Of a stretch of 64,000 bases of DNA, positions 60,871 to 64,000 are shown in pieces. Source of the DNA: Chrysomallon squamiferum (lineage: Eukaryota > Animalia > Mollusca). A model generated the notes under the pieces. It saw nothing but the letters and a program-made list of their open reading frames with translations, ran no database searches and had not been told where the DNA came from. The position numbers and the translations under genes were made by a program. The DNA is taken from the NCBI GenBank assembly GCA_012295275.1, contig CM022679.1, forward strand, positions 9,672,001-9,736,000, read 5' to 3'. Each line of letters begins with the position of its first letter. Within the stretch, counting starts at the first letter, position 1.

Positions 60871-60987
60871 ATGGAGACTCAACACAAACATTTCGACTGG
60901 AACTCGCCTCCAGAACCAGAAGTGAGGAGAGCAAAAACAAATGTGGAGAACGAACTTCTGATTAAACTGGGCGCCAAGAAAGAACAG
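60871..60987 (+). CDS. Plus-strand uncharacterised gene, exon A: METQHKHFDWNSPPEPEVRRAKTNVENELLIKLGAKKEQ (may extend 5' to 60854)
   Basis: Pyrimidine tract with cAG acceptors ending at 60842 and 60853; donor CAG|GTACGT, phase 0. Confidence 0.8.
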
Positions 60988-61590
60988 GTACGTCAAGTTT
61001 ACACTTTTTATAATTTAATTAATTTAGTCTGTCACGTTTCCTATGCCTCTATGTATGTATGTATGTATTTTTGTATGTATGTATGTATGTATGTATGTAT
61101 GCATGTATGTGTGTATTTATGAATGTATATATGTGTATCTGTAAATATACACCTATATACGTAAGTTTGTCTGTTTATGTCGTATGAATGTATAACAGAA
61201 TAATTATGTTTTTATTTGAAAAAACCCAAACTATATTATATTCCACAAAGTCGAATTTAAACGAGAAGTTGTGTTTTTTTAGTAGTTTCGTATTACATAA
61301 TTCAATTATAAAATCAGATTCGAGCCCATATATTCAGAATAGGGACTGCAATGGGTATACATTTCAAACTAAAATAAGATTCATTGTAAGTATGTGTGTG
61401 TGTGTGTGTGTGTGTATATTATATAGATAATTACTATAACATGTCATGTCTCATTGTAACTGTATATCAACGTATAAATACGACTACTTTTGAAGTTGAT
61501 GTTGTTTTGCAGAACATTTATAACTATCCTTCAAAATTGGAGTGTTTAATCATAGGAATAAACAAAAGATTTGTTTTCCTTTGTTTTCAG

Positions 61591-61702
61591 ATTGAATTTA
61601 ATCCGCTGATTAATGCGACCAGGTGCGAGAGAACCCGATCTTCATTGTTTCTTAATTACAAACGTGTCAAACCGCCATTACAGGAAGTTCCCATTATCAC
61701 GC
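61591..61702 (+). CDS. Exon B: IEFNPLINATRCERTRSSLFLNYKRVKPPLQEVPIIT
   Basis: Acceptor ttcctttgttttcAG, phase 0 matching exon A; donor C|GTGCGT, phase 1. Read-through of the donor would stop at TAG 61711-61713. Confidence 0.72.
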
Positions 61703-61997
61703 GTGCGTATTAGTAACAACAAAACCTCATTTGAAAACGTTCGTCACAGAACCGCTGAATTAATTATTTTATTTTTAAAAACCACACGTTTTTAATATCA
61801 GTATAGCGATAAGAATAAATCTCATTTGAAAATGTTCGTTAGTTATTATTTATTCCATTTTTTTTTTTTTTTTTAAAATCTTATGATTTATCTTGAATAT
61901 GGTTTTTGTTTTGTTATACTTTTTTTTTAAAATTTTCATGTAGATCGCTGTGATTTTATGTTGGTTGAATTTTAATGTCTTATAAAAATGTTTGCAG

Positions 61998-62044
61998 GAA
62001 ATGCATGGAAATGTTCTGACCCAGCGGTTCGGCAAATGTCAGAT
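61998..62044 (+). CDS. Exon C (47 nt): (R)NAWKCSDPAVRQMSD
   Basis: Acceptor tgtttgcAG and donor GAT|GTAAGT. Phase 1 in, phase 0 out, which bridges exons B and D exactly. Confidence 0.72.
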
Positions 62045-62565
62045 GTAAGTCTTATACTCAGCTCTGGATCAAAACTACGAGTGGATAATATAAGATATAT
62101 AACGATTAGAAACGTCCATGAATTATTATTATTTTTTTTTTTTTTAATTAAAAAAGAAAAATAAATTTTTTTTTTTTGCCAAAATGTTTATGCTGAATTT
62201 CATGTTACACTCATTTTTTTTTTTTTTTTAAATTTTTGTATGTATGTATATATGTATGTATGGATGAATGTATGTTTGTATGTATGTATGTATGTATGTA
62301 TGAATGGTGTGTGTATCTGTGTGTAGATGTATGTATGTATGTGTGTATGTATGTGTGTGTTTGTGTATGTGTGTGTATATATATATGTATGTGTGTGAGT
62401 GTATGTATTAAGCCAAATGTTAACTTCCAATCTAAATTTAGTCCCTATTATGTTTATTAATTTGTTTCAGTAAATTGTAATAGTAATACAAGTTATCTAT
62501 ATAATGTGCAAAGTTGGCAAGTAGAGTCAACAAACCTCAGTTTAAATTCTTACTTAAAGGGAAGT

Positions 62566-62597
<32 letters not shown>

Positions 62598-62825
62598 CCC
62601 AAAACAACCTAGCAATTCCTAAATTTGAAAAAGACAGACGAATAAGAATAAGGGACAAATACGATTGAAAATTTGGGATGAATCATTTATATAAATAAAA
62701 AAAAAAAAATTAATAAATATTGATGGACAGACTGATAAATAGGTAAGAAAATTCGTTAAAAAAAAAAAAATAATAATAATAATAATAAAAAATCATATAT
62801 TTTTTTAAATGTTTTATTTCAATAG

Positions 62826-62929
62826 TTTGCTCGAAAGGGACCTAGAGTTATGTCCCTTGATATACCACCACGACCAAGCGATCGCCACGTTCCGGTTCCT
62901 ACGGGAGATGCCGAATATCATCGAAAACG
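62826..62929 (+). CDS. Exon D: FARKGPRVMSLDIPPRPSDRHVPVPTGDAEYHRK(R)
   Basis: Acceptor ttttatttcaatAG, phase 0; GC-rich open frame; donor CG|GTTTGT, phase 2. Confidence 0.78.
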
Positions 62930-62982
62930 GTTTGTTGAATTTTTGTTAATTTTTTTTATGGGTAATCTTCGCACAGTCTTTA

Positions 62983-63045
<63 letters not shown>

Positions 63046-63270
63046 TTTATTTATCTTTTATTTTATTTTATTATTTTTAAAAAAGGGGAGAAAAAAATAA
63101 GGTAATTACAAAAGGAATGAAATGCTAATACCACTATCCAGTTTTTATTTCTTTATTTCTTTCTTTCTTTATTTATTTCAATGTCAAGAAATGCATTAAC
63201 AGATACATTTGATCTATGTTTAATACTGTTTTTCTGTGTGCACAATGACAAGTTATTTTGTTTAAAACAG

Positions 63271-63317
63271 AGCGGCGAGGTTTCGTAAGCTGGCAGACAT
63301 TTTGTCTGAATGGAGAG
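63271..63317 (+). CDS. Exon E (47 nt): AARFRKLADILSEWR
   Basis: Acceptor ttttgtttaaaacAG, open in phase 2 as exon D requires; donor GAG|GTAACT, phase 1. Confidence 0.68.
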
Positions 63318-63657
63318 GTAACTCTGTTAGTTATTAACCAGAGACAACTCACAGTCCACGCATGGCTTACTAATATATGTTGTAAAAAAAACAACAAAAA
63401 AAAAACCCTTCAGTTTATTACGTAATGCTTTTCCCTTCCTCTGACTGTAGCGTTTTAACCTCCATTTATTATAATTATGTAGCTAAATAACATATTTTTT
63501 TTATCGTAAAAATATTTTTTTTATTTTAATATTTTGCTTTTACTTTTTTAACATTTACATTTTTTGTTATTACTCTTATTTTATTTTTTATTTTATTTAT
63601 TTTTGTTTATTTTTTTAATTATATTTAAAAGCTATTTTTCGTTTCGTTTTGTTATAG

Positions 63658-63674
63658 ATGTCAGTAGATTTTAA
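63658..63674 (+). CDS. Candidate terminal coding exon F: (D)VSRF*
   Basis: Acceptor tttttcgtttcgttttgttatAG and TAA at 63672-63674. An alternative acceptor ending at 63985 would give EIFML... running off the window. Confidence 0.45.
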
Positions 63675-64000
63675 ACATTTAGTGTAGATAATGTCATACA
63701 GTAGATTAACCTGTATGATGTGTTTTATAATATGTATTATTTAGTTTTCCTTAGGAATAATGTTATTATAATAAATTATATTCAACTTACGTAACTGTCG
63801 GTAGCGACAGTCGAAAATCTTTTTTAAAATTTTTATTTATTTATTTGTTTGTCTGTCTGTTTGTCTGCCTGTCTTTTTGTCTGTCTGTCTGTCTGTCTAT
63901 ATATCCCTCTATTTATTTAATTTCATTTGTTTTATATTTTTGATGAACTCAGTTATAATTGGTTTAAATATTTGTTAGTTTTCAGAGATATTTATGCTTT

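Noticed and set aside
63794-63811. Hairpin ACTGTCG-GTAG-CGACAGT
   Set aside because: Only a 7-bp stem, with no tRNA flanks and no Helitron CTRR end nearby.

Overview
AT-rich eukaryotic genomic DNA, dense in microsatellites and mostly intronic or intergenic. The repeat landscape resembles a large mollusc genome such as an octopod cephalopod, which is an inference from composition only. Nearly all listed ORFs are translated simple repeats. Two spliced genes are supported. (1) A minus-strand gene has a clear GC-rich exon at 5874-5592 (MDFSLERNRLALG...VHSPG, product unidentified), possible upstream exons or promoters at about 25.3-25.7 kb and 53.9 kb, and continues off the left edge. (2) A compact plus-strand gene at about 60.8-63.7 kb, largely missed by the ORF track, has six short exons that I joined by hand in consistent phase into an uncharacterised protein of about 147 aa. 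The window also holds several minisatellite arrays, one with a 65-bp higher-order E-box repeat, and repeat-poor islands with strong transcription-factor motifs. I found no rRNA, tRNA, CRISPR array or coding transposon, and I cannot support a novel multi-gene system.
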